Made by a program: the position numbers and the translations under genes. A DNA stretch of 63,791 nucleotides, filler included, from Octopus bimaculoides (Eukaryota): NCBI RefSeq assembly GCF_001194135.2. It is 5 parts of 5 records of this genome, joined end to end, with 100 filler letters (N's around TTAATTAATTAA, not from the genome) between each part and the next. Parts side by side here need not be neighbours in the genome. Positions count along the whole stretch, not along the records: positions 1 to 16,518 come from NC_068988.1; 4 more parts are not named here. One strand, written 5' to 3'. Under the pieces are notes generated by a model. That model did not search any database and had not been told where the DNA came from. It saw nothing but the letters and a program-made list of their open reading frames with translations. Positions 1 through 12,315 of this stretch are shown here, in pieces. The number at the start of each line of letters is the position of its first letter. The first letter of the stretch is position 1.

Positions 1-190
1 GCCTTAATTCTTCGAAACGCCGGAGTTTTAATGGTGGCAGCTGATGAAGGGGATGTTTCTATGTGGCCTGCTTGTTTACCATTTTGTCCTCGTTCTTTTG
101 CCACGTCATGTACCCAGTTATGTATCTATATGTACATGTAGATGAACGTATATACATACATGTACATATATATGCATATACTCATATATT

Positions 191-225
<35 letters not shown>

Positions 226-279
226 GTGTGCGTGCGTGTGTGTGTGTGTGTGTGCGTGTGTGTAGTCTTGTATAGTGAT

Positions 280-358
280 CCATTTACTTGGATCAACAAA
301 AAAGTACTCCATCATGTGATACCACTTGGAGTACTTTTTTGTTGATCCAACTAAATGG
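280..358. repeat. Short inverted repeat (32-bp arms, 15-nt loop)
   Basis: 280-311 CCATTTACTTGGATCAACAAAAAAGTACTCCA matches the reverse complement of 327-358 with 1 mismatch. Confidence 0.9.
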
Positions 359-953
359 AAAACTATACAACACTACACACGCACGCATACACACACGCAC
401 ACGCACACACACACACACAAACACAGTCACACACACACACACACATAAATTACAAACACACCTATATAAATGTGTGTGTGTGTATGTGTGTGTATTCATA
501 AAACAGCAATCCTTGTTTTCTTAGCGGACGCTTCCAGTACATTTATTTCTGTTTTGTTTATTGGGTCTTCCCCGCTTCCAATCCCTTTGCTAGGAAATGT
601 ATAATATTTAATGTCGGTGGACATATACCTCTGAGTCATAGTCTCTCTCTCTGTGTATATACATAGTGAACTGTTATCTAATCTAGGAATTTTAATCATC
701 TTTCTGCACCTGACACTAGTTTTCTATAAAACAAACGACAAATCTTTACGCTGGAATTTAATGCCTCTAGTTTTTTAGTCTCATTCGGTTTGCGGCTTAA
801 CACTAACTTCATTTGTCTGTATAAATAGTGACACGTCGCTCCATCTCTCACCACCATCACCACCTACTACTACTACTACTACTGTTGATGCTTCTACTGC
901 TGCTGCTACTGCTGCTGCCACCGACGCTACCGTCAGCAGTAGCAGCACCACCT

Positions 954-992
<39 letters not shown>

Positions 993-1917
993 TTACATAA
1001 AGTACCAGTTAAGTATTGGGATTAATGGTCTCGACTAACCCCTCCCTTCCAAGTTGCTAGCCTTCTGCTTAGTTTAGGAACATTTATCATTGTTAGTAGC
1101 CTTTATCATCATCATCATCATCATCATCATCATGTTCTGTTTTCTTGACGGAACTGGCATTGTGCTGTTCGGTTGAAATAGGTTTCCTATCGAAGACGAC
1201 TCGTGGTTTAAGATGAGAAGCATTTGGTACTTTCTGTATAAAACGTCTTTTTTTTCTATTTTGCATATCTTTTCTTACATTGTATTTGGAACATTCCGAA
1301 TAATTCTTGCTAAACCTAATAGACAGGAATTGTGCACTATCGTCAGAAATTAGATGATGGATGCAATACTTAAACTACCACAGACATAACGTATCTTAAT
1401 TAATATCTTAATTAAACAATTAAAAGGTTATAATTGTACAGCTTCTCAGTTCCCTTTCTCCAAATATTATATTCATGTGCACGAAAAGTGGAACGGCTTT
1501 TGAGAGGTGGGTGCAGGGTACTAAGGATTCTTCCCCACCCCAGAAAGCAGTAAATCTGATCGAGTAAAAAGCGCTAAATCAGAGTTTGGGATTAGCGTAA
1601 CAGTTTGAGGGTTTGGCAAGTTGTCTTTTAGTAACTGTTTCCACTCTTTGCTGTTCTGACAGCAATAGTTTCGATGACACTGCTACTAAGCTATATCGGT
1701 CCACACATCGATCGGCTAAACATCGATTGCATGGTGAGGGCAAAACCTATATGTATGAGCAACTGCCAAATTTCCTCAAAAAATTATTTGCTAAGTCAAT
1801 ACATTCATGTGGACATGTGAGGTCGACATTGATCAGCAGAGGCCTCTGAAATCAACACAGACAATTGTTTTTTATATCGCAGAAACTGTAGATATCTCTG
1901 TCAATATAGTCTTTTAA

Positions 1918-2588
1918 GGCAGCGAGCTGGCAGAAACGTTAGGACGCCGGGCGAAATGCTTAGCGGTATGTCGTCTGCCGTTACGTTCTGAGTTCAAATT
2001 CCGCCGAGGTCGAATTTGCTTTTCATCATTTCAGGGTCGATAAATTAAGTACCAGTTACGCACTGGGGTCGATGTAATAGACTTAATCCCTTTGTCTGTC
2101 CTTGTTTGTCCCCTCTATGTTTAGCCCCTTGTTGGCAATAAAATAAGAAACGTTAGCATACCAGGCGAAATGCTTAGCGGTATTTCGACTGTCTTTATGT
2201 TCTGAGTTCAAATTCCACAGAGGTCGACTTTGCTTTTCATCTTTTGGGGTCGATAAATTAAATACTAGTTGCGTACTGGAGTCGATCTAATCGACTGGCC
2301 CCCTCCCCCCAAATTTCGGGCCTTGTACCCAGAGTAGAAAAGAATATAGACTTTTAAGGCAGAGAGTTTGGCAGAATTGTTACCGCACCGGACAGAATGC
2401 TTAGCGGCATTTCTTGCGTCTTTACGTTCTGAGTTCAAATTCCGCCGTAGTTGACTTTACCTGTCATCCGTTCGGGGTCGATAAATTAAGTATCAGTGGA
2501 ACACTGGAATCGAGAGCACCGAGATCGAATTAACCTACTTACCCCCTCCCCCGAACTTTCTTGCCTTGTGCCAAACTTCGAAATCAAT
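1918..2588 (+). mobile_element. Three head-to-tail copies of tRNA-derived SINE family A (about 1918-2146, 2147-2346, 2358-2588)
   Basis: Shared consensus GGCGGCGAGCTGGCAGAA..GTTAGC..AAATGCTTAGCGG..GTTCTGAGTTCAAATTCCGCCGAGGTCGACTTTGCCTTTCATCCTTTCGGGGTCGATAAATTAAGTACCAG. It recurs more than 10 times in the window and has A-box- and B-box-like head segments. Confidence 0.9.
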
Positions 2589-3213
2589 ATATTATATAGC
2601 CTTTTGCCTACAACTATATGACGAAAGTTATCGTCACGCCTGCCCATTCAGGTTGAATTTATCTATCAAAGCTAGTGCTAGATATTTTAATGTGAGACAT
2701 TCAATTCGTAACACGAGTATTTGCTATGTAACGGTAAGTCTTTATGGATTTCCATCGTAGATGTCTTATATGTTATCAATATTCGTTTTAAGTTGTTTTT
2801 TTCTACTGCTGTCTTAGGTTTCTTAGATTTTAGTTGTTGGCAATTTAATCCAATTTCTTCGGAAAAATTTTGTTGCTATGGTGATAATACTTTCATACCA
2901 TTTATACGATTACATAGAACAAGGACACGCAGGAGGTCCTCTTGTAGGTTGGAAAGTAATGGGCAACATTGGTGAATGCATTATTAAACTGTTATCTGAC
3001 ACTTCATAGTTCCCATATACTTTTTTCTCCTTTTAATATTTAATTGTTTTGTTTTCTAGATTTTTCCTTCTAAACTCTAATATGAGATGAATATCCTTTA
3101 GATTTGAAGAGTTGCTTTTGCTGTTGTTGAAGAAAAGATTATTATTATTTTTTAAAACTACTATTACTACTACTACTGCTGCTGCTACTACTATTATTAT
3201 ACCGACGAACTGT

Positions 3214-3555
3214 CAGAATCTTTAGCATGCCAAGCAAAATGTTTGCGGTATTTCGTGCATCTTTACGTTCTGAGTTCAAATTCCGCCGAACGGATGACAG
3301 GTGAAGTCAGCTCTGGTGGAATTTGAACTCAGAACGTAAAGAGACACGAAATGCCGCTAAGCATTTTTCCCCGGTGCGGTAACGACTCTGCCAAACTCGC
3401 TGCCTTAAAAGCCTATATTGACGGAGATATCTACAGTTTTCTGCGATATAAATTTTCGGGGACGATAAATTAAGCAGCAGTTAAACACTGGGGTCGATGT
3501 AATCGACTTGACTCCACCCCCATAATTTCAGGGCTTGTGCCTATAATAGAAACGA
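3214..3555 (+). mobile_element. SINE family A copy interrupted by an inverted SINE-head plus flank segment (about 3289-3452)
   Basis: The plus-strand head runs to TTCCGCCGAA. A minus-strand SINE head with the same 5' flank as 1871-1917 follows. The plus-strand body then resumes at TTTCGGGGACGATAAAT. Confidence 0.8.
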
Positions 3556-3566
3556 TTATTATTATG

Positions 3567-3638
<72 letters not shown>
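3556..3638. repeat. (TAT)n microsatellite
   Basis: Direct reading; it forms the tail of the preceding SINE. Confidence 0.95.
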
Positions 3639-4333
3639 TTTGTTAAAGCGGCGAGCTGGCAGAATCGGTAACACACCAGGCAAAACAGGATTCGAGTAGG
3701 GTTCATTGATTAATCTTAAGTGCTAGAATATGGATTCAGATGTCTCCATCGAGACACATCCTTGCTAGCCTTTTTCTATGACAGTTAAGAACCATTGATT
3801 TCAAGTTTACAATAATATATTTCTTTTACGTCATACATTCTTTATCACAATAACAATCAGCAAATATGTTAAAAATCTTTAGAATACGAAGATCAACACA
3901 TATCTGTATACATACATTCACCTATAAATATTCGTACGTATTATATATAAGTACTCACATGTTCATATATACATACGCATATAAAACTATATGAACTTCC
4001 AAATGTATCCTCACAGTATCGTCATGAAAAAATCTATACACCCACCTGCGAACTGATATATATGTTTATGTGTATANNNNNNNNNNNNNNNNNNNNNNNN
4101 NNNNNNNNNNNNNNNNNNNNNNNNNNNNNNNNNNNNNNNNNTATATATATATATATATATATTTATATACATATATATATATATATATATATGCATACAG
4201 AAGAAAAATTCTTATATGCAACTTAAAAACTTACACTGGTAAACATAAAAAGAAAATAACATGACATAAACACGCATAAACACACATACGCGCACACATA
4301 CATAAACGCACACATACATGTATACACATCAAC

Positions 4334-4372
<39 letters not shown>

Positions 4373-4514
4373 TCATACATTATATACATATATATATGTA
4401 CATATATACATATATATATGTACATATATACATATACACATATATAGGTATATCGCTAATCACATATACATATACGTATATACGTAGACACACACAGACA
4501 CACACACGTCTTGA

Positions 4515-4880
4515 TCTTTTATTTTTTACTTGTTTTAGTTATTAGACTGCGGTCATGCTGGGGCATTGAAAAATTTCAGTCGAACGTATCTACCCCAGAA
4601 TTTAAATTTTAAAAGCTTTAGTACTTATTCTATTAGTTTCTTTTGCCGAATTGCTAGGTTACGGGAACCTAAAAACATCAACACCAGTTGTAAAGCGCTG
4701 GTAAGAGGCAAACACAAACACAGATACACACACTTATATATACACATATATACATATATATATATATACATATATGTATATATATATATATATACACTTG
4801 CCCAAGGTGTCACGCAGTTGGAGTGAATCTGGGGCCATGTTGTCGGGAAGCAAACTTGTGACGACACAGCCACACCAGCG
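4515..4880 (-). mobile_element. SINE family B (CORE-like) copy with internal (TA)n/(CA)n
   Basis: Matches family B segments GACTGCGGTCATGCTGG, TACTTATTCTAT and ACACTTGCCCAAGGTGTCACGCAG. Confidence 0.75.
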
Positions 4881-5867
4881 GCTAAAAAAAAAAAAATATC
4901 CAGAAAGTCTCTATAGAGAGTCGAACCCTGTACCTCTCGAATTCCGGCTGACCAGTCTGCACCATTAAGCTAAGAGACATACACACACACACACACACAC
5001 ACACAGACACACACACACACACGCGCTCACACACAAATACACAAATATATGTGTGCGTGTGTGTGTATGTGTGTATGTGTGTGTGCGTGCAAACAATACA
5101 CTCAGTTGTCCAAATATATAATACACATACATACACACACAGAGATGGGTTTGCCTAATGTAGACGTGTACTGCAAAATCGGGGCTGCTGATGTATATAT
5201 TAATATTATACATTATAAGTTACAGCAAGAGGGAAGTATGACAAAGTGATAGAAATTGCAAAATACTGTTATAAGAGGTGTAACAATAATGTCATTATGG
5301 AAAATATACTGAATGAATAGAATTATTATTAACCTAATGTTTTTACTGAGAATTAATGGATTATATGCTGAGTGTGATTGCAGTATAGGATACTGTAACT
5401 GTTTCTAAACATTACAAAATAGATGTTGTTATTGTTGTTGTTGTAGTTATTGTTGATAATGTAACAATTGCTTCAGTTGTTATCGTTGGTTATTATTGTT
5501 GTGTAAACAGAAATCTGAAAGGTACTAGACTATTCAATTAAAAGTTTCATGCAGGTTTACAAATTCATAATATAAGATGTAAAATATGTAAACTGCGAAT
5601 AATATTTCATCAATATATTTACTGGCAGGTAAAACAAAAAAAGTATAAAAATTTAAAAAAAAGGAGAAAAGCATTCATTTTATCGAACGTAAATAGATGG
5701 AAATAGTTGATATTGAAATTCTAAATTGATATTCGATGGATTCATGCAAATAACCGTATTTCGTAGCAGTAGATCACAATGTTGATTAAAATCTATGAGC
5801 AACAGCTTAGAAGGATATAATTTTTCAAACAGTTAACTTCATATTTAGAAATACACCATTACATTTA

Positions 5868-6281
5868 CTCTTTTACTCTTTTGTTTGTCTCAGTCATTTG
5901 ACTGCGGCCATGCTGGAGCACCGCCTTTGGTCGAACAAATCGACCCCAGGACTTATTCTTTGTAAGCCTACTACTTATTCTATGGGTTCTCTCTTGACGA
6001 ACCGCTGAGTTACGGGCACGAAAATACACCAACATCGGTTATCAAGCGATGGTTGGGGGGACAGATAGACAGACAGACAGACAGACACACACACACACAC
6101 ACACACACATACACACAAGCACACACGCACACATATTTCAGTTTCTGTCTACCAAATCCACTCACAAGGCTTTGGTCGGCCCGTGGCTATAGTAGAAGAC
6201 ACTTTCCGAAGGCACCACGCAGTGGGACTAAACCTGCAACCATGTGGTTGGTAGGCAAGCTACCTACCATACAGCCACTCC
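5868..6281 (-). mobile_element. Near full-length SINE family B (tRNA head, CORE-like domain, internal CA/TG tract)
   Basis: The reverse strand reads GGAGTGGCTGTATGGTAGGTAGCTTGCCTACCAACCACATG..CCCACTGCGTGGTGCCTTCGGAAAGTGTCTTCTACTATAGC..GGCGGTGCTCCAGCATGGCCGCAGTCAAATGACTGAGAC. The family consensus ACCTTGGGCAAGT segment resembles the CORE-SINE core (octopus OR-type SINEs; exact family not verified). Confidence 0.85.
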
Positions 6282-6337
6282 TATACACATGTACTAGAAA
6301 GGCGTGACACAGGGATCAAGGGGTTCTATATATTATT

Positions 6338-6385
<48 letters not shown>

Positions 6386-6439
6386 GTATATATGTTTGTG
6401 TGTCTGTGTTTATCTGTGTCTGTATTATAAAAGCCTGTC

Positions 6440-6499
<60 letters not shown>

Positions 6500-6980
6500 A
6501 TGTGTGTGTGTAAGTATGTGTGTGGCACCTCCACCCAAGAAAACCTAGCATCCACGGACTAGTTTCAGGGCTATTGCTCTCTGTCAGCATGGAGTAGCCT
6601 GGCTTTGCTAGATGTTGCTGCTAATCCGTTGTCGAAACCTTATAGAATTCAAAGTGAAAAACATTCACTGATCAACAAAAATAAAAATATTACATTTCTA
6701 AATCTCTCAAACAGATAGACCTGAAACTAGTCCGTGGATGGTAGGTTTGCTGAGTGGAAATGCTAATCTCACCTGTTCGAAAGCATAAGGACACAGAACG
6801 TTTGTGTCGCGTATAGCCAGCTAGAAACGATGTTTCTTGGGGTTAAATGACAGTCACATTCTTCCCTTTCCAGGGACTGCCACATTATGTTGGCAACAAG
6901 CTATCACTATATCGTGCTGCTGATTCTGCACATATCTCTTTGAGAGATTTAGAAATGTAATATTTCTATGTTTGATATGC

Positions 6981-7033
<53 letters not shown>

Positions 7034-7238
7034 CGAGTGTNNNNNNNNNNNNNNNNNNNNNNNNNNNNNNNNNNNNNNNNNNNNNNNNNNNNNNNNNNNN
7101 NNNNNNNNNNNNNNNNNNNNNNNNNNNNNNNNNNNNNNNNNNNNNNNNNNNNNNNNNNNNNNNNNNNNNNNNNNNNNNNNNNNNNNNNNNNNNNNNNNNN
7201 NNNNNNNNNNNNNNNNNNNNNNNNNNNNNNNNNNNNNN

Positions 7239-7295
<57 letters not shown>

Positions 7296-7794
7296 CGAGT
7301 GTGGTGTGTGAGTGTGTGTGAGTGTGAGTGTGTATGTATGTATGTATGTATGTATATAATATACATACATACAAACAGATATTTTATCGTATTCCTCAGT
7401 ATGAAGATAAGACCAGTGGGGTAACTGATTACGAACTCCCATTTCTAAACTAAGAATATCCTGTATGTCACTCAACTATGTACAATTAACGTTACATATT
7501 TTTGTTATTTATTTTTTACTAAATTATATGAAGTGAATTTTACTGAATCAATTATGCTTCTAAACTGTTGGTTTTTTAAAAAATTATTTATATAATTATT
7601 TTACTACAAGAAGTCATATTAATTTGTCAGTGCTAAACTTTACTGATTAGATTTTCATGAGACGCTATATGTATAGCTTCTCTAATTTGTCTTAGTTTTT
7701 ATGGAAGTTTTGTTTTCTTTTTTATCAATTATAGAAATTCCATTCCGTGGTGTTATGTTTGTATTATTGTTTTACACCGTCTATGTCCTGACAT

Positions 7795-8200
7795 TCACCA
7801 GTAATGACAAACACACTTCTAGACGAAATATTTTCAACGCCTACCTCTAAAATTTACAGCATTGAAATCCATCGCGTGGCTGAGATATATGGATGATCAC
7901 TTTATACTCTGGCAAAGTAAGAAGACGTCAAAGTACTTGTAGACTACTCGATATTTCTACGTACACCAGTCCTGTTTACTATGGAAAGAGAAAACAATAT
8001 AGCCTACTGCCATTTCTTGAGGTATTCGGGAAAAAGGATAAACTCAGTAGAGCAATGTAATGGCCACAGTTAAACACTGCTCAATCTATAAGCCACATCA
8101 TCAATGTCGTAAATATTTAACAATCACTTTACGACATTGGGCAAATAATCTGCACCCCAGCTTACACGGAGAAGATTGAATCTATATCCAAGCCAGTTTT
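7795..8200 (+). pseudogene. Degenerate Penelope-like element reverse transcriptase fragment
   Basis: Translates to SPVMTN (7795), WLRYMDDHFILW (7877-7912, YxDD motif), FTMERENN (7975) and LPFLEV (8007-8024, after a frameshift). These match the PLE RT signatures SPxxAN / WxRYVDD / FTxExE..LPFLDV. Multiple stops are present. Confidence 0.75.
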
Positions 8201-8438
8201 CAGGCTAAGTTCACAACGCTATGAACTCAGCCTGACTGATTCCTTGGAGATATATGACATGTTATATAAACCAGCCAATTTAATGTACCATAAAAATCTT
8301 AGTTAGTAGGTCTTCTGTAATTGTGTATACTAAATGAGATATATATATATAAAGAATAAACAGTTTTGAATGGTACAACAATGCACTATAATACAAAAAT
8401 GGACTATACACCTGTTGTAATTTAGTTATCCATAGTCC

Positions 8439-8470
8439 GATAATATTTCGGAATACAATTCCTTCTTCAG
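8439..8470 (-). ncRNA. Minimal type I hammerhead-ribozyme-like motif (Penelope pLTR type)
   Basis: The minus strand reads CTGAAGA-A-GGAA-TTGTA-TTCC-GAAAT-ATT-ATC: an intact CUGANGA/GAAA core, a 4-bp stem II, a 2-bp stem III and an AUC site. Stem I pairing is weak. Confidence 0.4.
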
Positions 8471-8493
8471 ATATTCTTAGATGGAGTCGCTGC

Positions 8494-8524
<31 letters not shown>

Positions 8525-8669
8525 TATATTCTGTTAAGAACGTAGTAGAGTGCAGTATAAAGCTCGTCCACCTTCAGATTTCACTCTGTGTTATGCAGTA
8601 GTAGTATTATAGGTACTTCCAGGTTTGCTTTTAGGTTTCTGTCATGTGTGAATAGATAAGTAAAGAAAC

Positions 8670-9191
8670 TTGGCGTCAACAAGAGGGAGTACATTTGGAC
8701 ATTTATTTTCAATCACTACAATTGTTTCTACGCAACGTAGTTCTTCATGTGTGCAGGTATTTGAAGCATTATTAGATCTAGTTGTATTTCCTAAGGTGAT
8801 ATGTAAATATTGTCTCCGTACGTTCATATTCTCGGCTTCAAGAGCATCCTCTCTGTCTGTCGCGGCATAGAGTTTGTAGCATCCACTGTGTGTTCAAAAG
8901 ATGTGCTGTGACTGAAGGTCCAAGCATTTTGCCAACGGACCTTCAGCTACGACACATCTTTTGAAAACTCAGTGGATACTACTAACTTCAGGCCACGACA
9001 GGCAGAGAAGATGCTCTTGAAGACGAGAATATGAACTTACGGAGACAATATTTACATATCGCCTGAGGAAACACAACTAGATCTCATAATGCAAGGAAAC
9101 GGTTGCTTCATCAAGTAGCTGCACGCCCGGAGAACTACGTTGCGTAGAAACAATTGTAGTGACTAAAAACTGTACTCCTTGTTGACTCCAA
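8670..9191. mobile_element. About 520-bp imperfect palindrome (foldback), probably inverted Penelope-type terminal repeats
   Basis: Arms 8670-8921 and 8937-9191 are reverse complements, roughly 85% identical by eye, around a 15-nt loop. It lies next to the PLE RT relic, and each arm carries a degenerate hammerhead-like motif. Confidence 0.75.
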
Positions 9192-9633
9192 TTTTTTCAA
9201 TTATATATNNNNNNNNNNNNNNNNNNNNNNNNNNNNNNNNNNNNNNNNNNNNNNNNNNNNNNNNNNNNNNNNNNNNNNNNNNNNNNNNNNNNNNNNNNNN
9301 NNNNNNNNNNNNNNNNNNNNNNNNNNNNNNNNNNNNNNNNNNNNNNNNNNNNNNNNNNNNNNNNNNNNNNNNNNNNNNNNNNNNNNNNNNNNNNNNNNNN
9401 NNNNNNNNNNNNNNNNNNNNNNNNNNNNNNNNNNNNNNNNNNNNNNNNNNNNNNNNNNNNNNNNNNNNNNNNNNNNNNNNNNNNNNNNNNNNNNNNNNNN
9501 NNNNNNNNNNNNNNNNNNNNNNNNNNNNNNNNNNNNNNNNNNNNNNNNNNNNNNNNNNNNNNNNNNNNNNNNNNNNNNNNNNNNNNNNNNNNNNNNNNNN
9601 NNNNNNNNNNNNNNNNNNNNNNNNNNNNNNNNN

Positions 9634-9694
<61 letters not shown>

Positions 9695-10529
9695 TATATA
9701 TATATATACATATACATACATAATACATACATACATACATACATATCTTATATTTACACGTATATGAGAAGGTTTCTAGCGATAATAACTGAAAATACAG
9801 TTTATCTATCTACTCTCTTGTTGAAATTCTAGAATTGGCTCCTTTTCCTGTAGTCCAAGGTAATAAACTCTGGACTGACAGGTTCTTTCTAAATATGCGA
9901 AATAATCAACTTGCATTTGTATTACATTCGTTCATTCGGTTAAATGTCTGTGACGGTTATGCAATATACATTACATAACGGAATTGTTCTCATCCATGTA
10001 TACATATTTGATGCTTGATTTGTCACCCACACGTTGCTGAGACAATTTAAACCATGGAATAAATGCAATACTAGCTTGTCCAAACTACTTATTATATATC
10101 TAATATAAAATCACCGGACAGTATAATTAATAGTATGACAAATTTTTACCGTATAATCGTATTTATAAACTCTATTAAGAGTTTAATCAACAATATACAT
10201 TATTATCTGCAATTATGTGTGTGAATCCCTCGAATAACAATTTACCATTTGATTTGTATTATAGAATGGAATTTCCATAATTGAAATTTAGAACAATTCA
10301 AAGAAGCAGTATATTTAGTTCTTCTCTGATCCATTAAAACTGGTACCGACATTTGCGTAACATGGCTACCTTTAAACATAAAAAATATATTTTTTGATAA
10401 TCTAAAAATATTACATCAAATTCACATGCATCAATGGTTTTGATAGATAGTTCAGAAATAAAGATAGCTAGTTCTAATTATGCTTAGTACTATGTACACA
10501 TCTAGGAATAAAATATCGGAAGTTCAAAC

Positions 10530-10751
10530 CTCTCGAAACGTTGGTTCCAAACTTTGGCACAATCTCAACATTTTCCAGGATGGGAGCAAATCGATTACAT
10601 CGACCACATTGCTCAAATGGTACTTACTTTATCGACCTCGAAAGATGAAATGCAAAGTCGACCTCGGCTGAATTTGAGCTTACAACGTAAAGACGAACGA
10701 AACGCCGTTAAGCATTTTGCTCAGTGTTTTAACGATTCTGCAAGCTCGCCT
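10530..10751 (-). mobile_element. SINE family A copy
   Basis: Reverse complement of the family A consensus (TTTATCGACCTCGAAAGATGAAATGCAAAGTCGACCTCGGC). Confidence 0.8.
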
Positions 10752-12315
10752 TTTTATTGCTGTTACATTGATTTATGACAGAGGGTTTCAAATTTCAGGA
10801 CGGATATAGTCGATTAAATTGGTCCCAGGACTTCAATGAAACTTTACTTTAACTCTCCTTGTGAGTATGTGAAGAAAACTCAACATTAATGGAATTTGAA
10901 CTCAAAACATTAAAGACCGTAACTAAATGGCTCAGGGTATTTTTCTTATGTTGTAACTAGTCACCCTACCCACCGCCCTCATTGACTTTCACTTGCTGTG
11001 CTATTGGCTTACTTTTCAACAGACTAGTAAGAGTTTGATGCAGTTTGATACATCTCATCGTTCCGTTTGTTTTATGATCCGGAGCCATATTATGTGTGAC
11101 ATATATTCTAAGGTTTAACACTCCGATCTTCTGTGTTTTCATTACTTAAAATCTGACTTCTGATACACAGACTTTCACTTGCCAACACGGAGAAAAATCT
11201 TTAAGCAAGACTGATTGAAAATACATGAAAAAAGAAAAGAAAAAAGGAAGAACGAGAAAAGAAAATGAATCATAACACAACTATTGAAATAATTAGAATA
11301 GCGTCAAATACTTCATATTGGAAATAATAGCCAAATCAGCACCAAAAGAAATATTGATATCTTAAAATCGTGAACACATAAATACTCTCAATTCTTCTGC
11401 CAATCCCCTTCTTTCTACAATTACTATGACGTTTATAACAACTCCTAGCTGGTACAAGAAAAGAAAGGCATGAAAATTTGAGTGATTGATGGAATTTCCT
11501 TTCAGAAGATTGTAAGTATCGACCAATAAAATATTTCTCAGGGATGCTTTCATCATGAAGAACATACTGAATACACTGGACCCATAATTCTTAATCAAGA
11601 GAAATTATAATGAAAAGAAAAAGATGATCTAGGTTAATGTAAATTCTTTGTCAGAAGGAAAAGGGACATAACTCCGAAATCTAAATTGATTACATGTTAA
11701 ACGGAGATATGTAGTATGGAAAATTGAAAATTGTGTTTCTTAGTTGCAAGTCTAATTCCGAAATAGATTATTGATTCAATATCAAATGAATAAGGATGTT
11801 TTATAAGAATATATTCAGAGGGATTAAAATTAAAGCCGGCCTTAGTGAGATTTAAAATCAGAACTTCAATGAACGTCGTTAGGTGATCAAATACAAAAAA
11901 ACTTCTCTTTGTACTAAATCCATCATTCACTTCTTAAGAAAATATTAAATACAAAATATCAAAAACGATAACGAAAACAGAAAAATACAAACAAAAACAT
12001 AATACAGTATATGATTGCTGTGTGATTGCGTTTGTTGATATTATATTATATTTGAGTAAACACTATATTTATTTCAATTTACTAATAGGGACATTTCTCA
12101 AATATTCGTTCATTGTACATTAATTGCACAATTGATTTATATTTCAAGAACAATGAATAGAAAGCATGAAAAATTGACTGTTAGTGTCTCTGTTCACGAA
12201 CATTTTAATGTATCACGTTAGCTTTAAAATTAGATGTCATAAATTATTTATATCACACAGTAAAAGATAAACTGGTATCACTAAATTATTATCATTATTA
12301 TTGTTGTTGTTGTTA

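Noticed and set aside
1-120. GAAAC..CTGATGA motifs at the window start resembling a Penelope end or hammerhead
   Set aside because: The motifs are in the wrong order for a type I hammerhead within the visible sequence, and the upstream part lies outside the window.
828-1025. Poly-His/Leu/Pro ORF and an alternative Thr/Ala-rich frame
   Set aside because: Compound trinucleotide microsatellite with no splice support or domain.
4903-4973. tRNA-like sequence on the minus strand (TAGCTTAATGG..GGGTTCGACTC)
   Set aside because: A/B boxes are present but the acceptor and anticodon stems do not pair; probably a decayed SINE head, not a tRNA gene.
6985-7300. Repeat of (TA)n-CATACGAGTGT on both sides of a gap
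   Set aside because: Typical unmerged contig overlap at a microsatellite.
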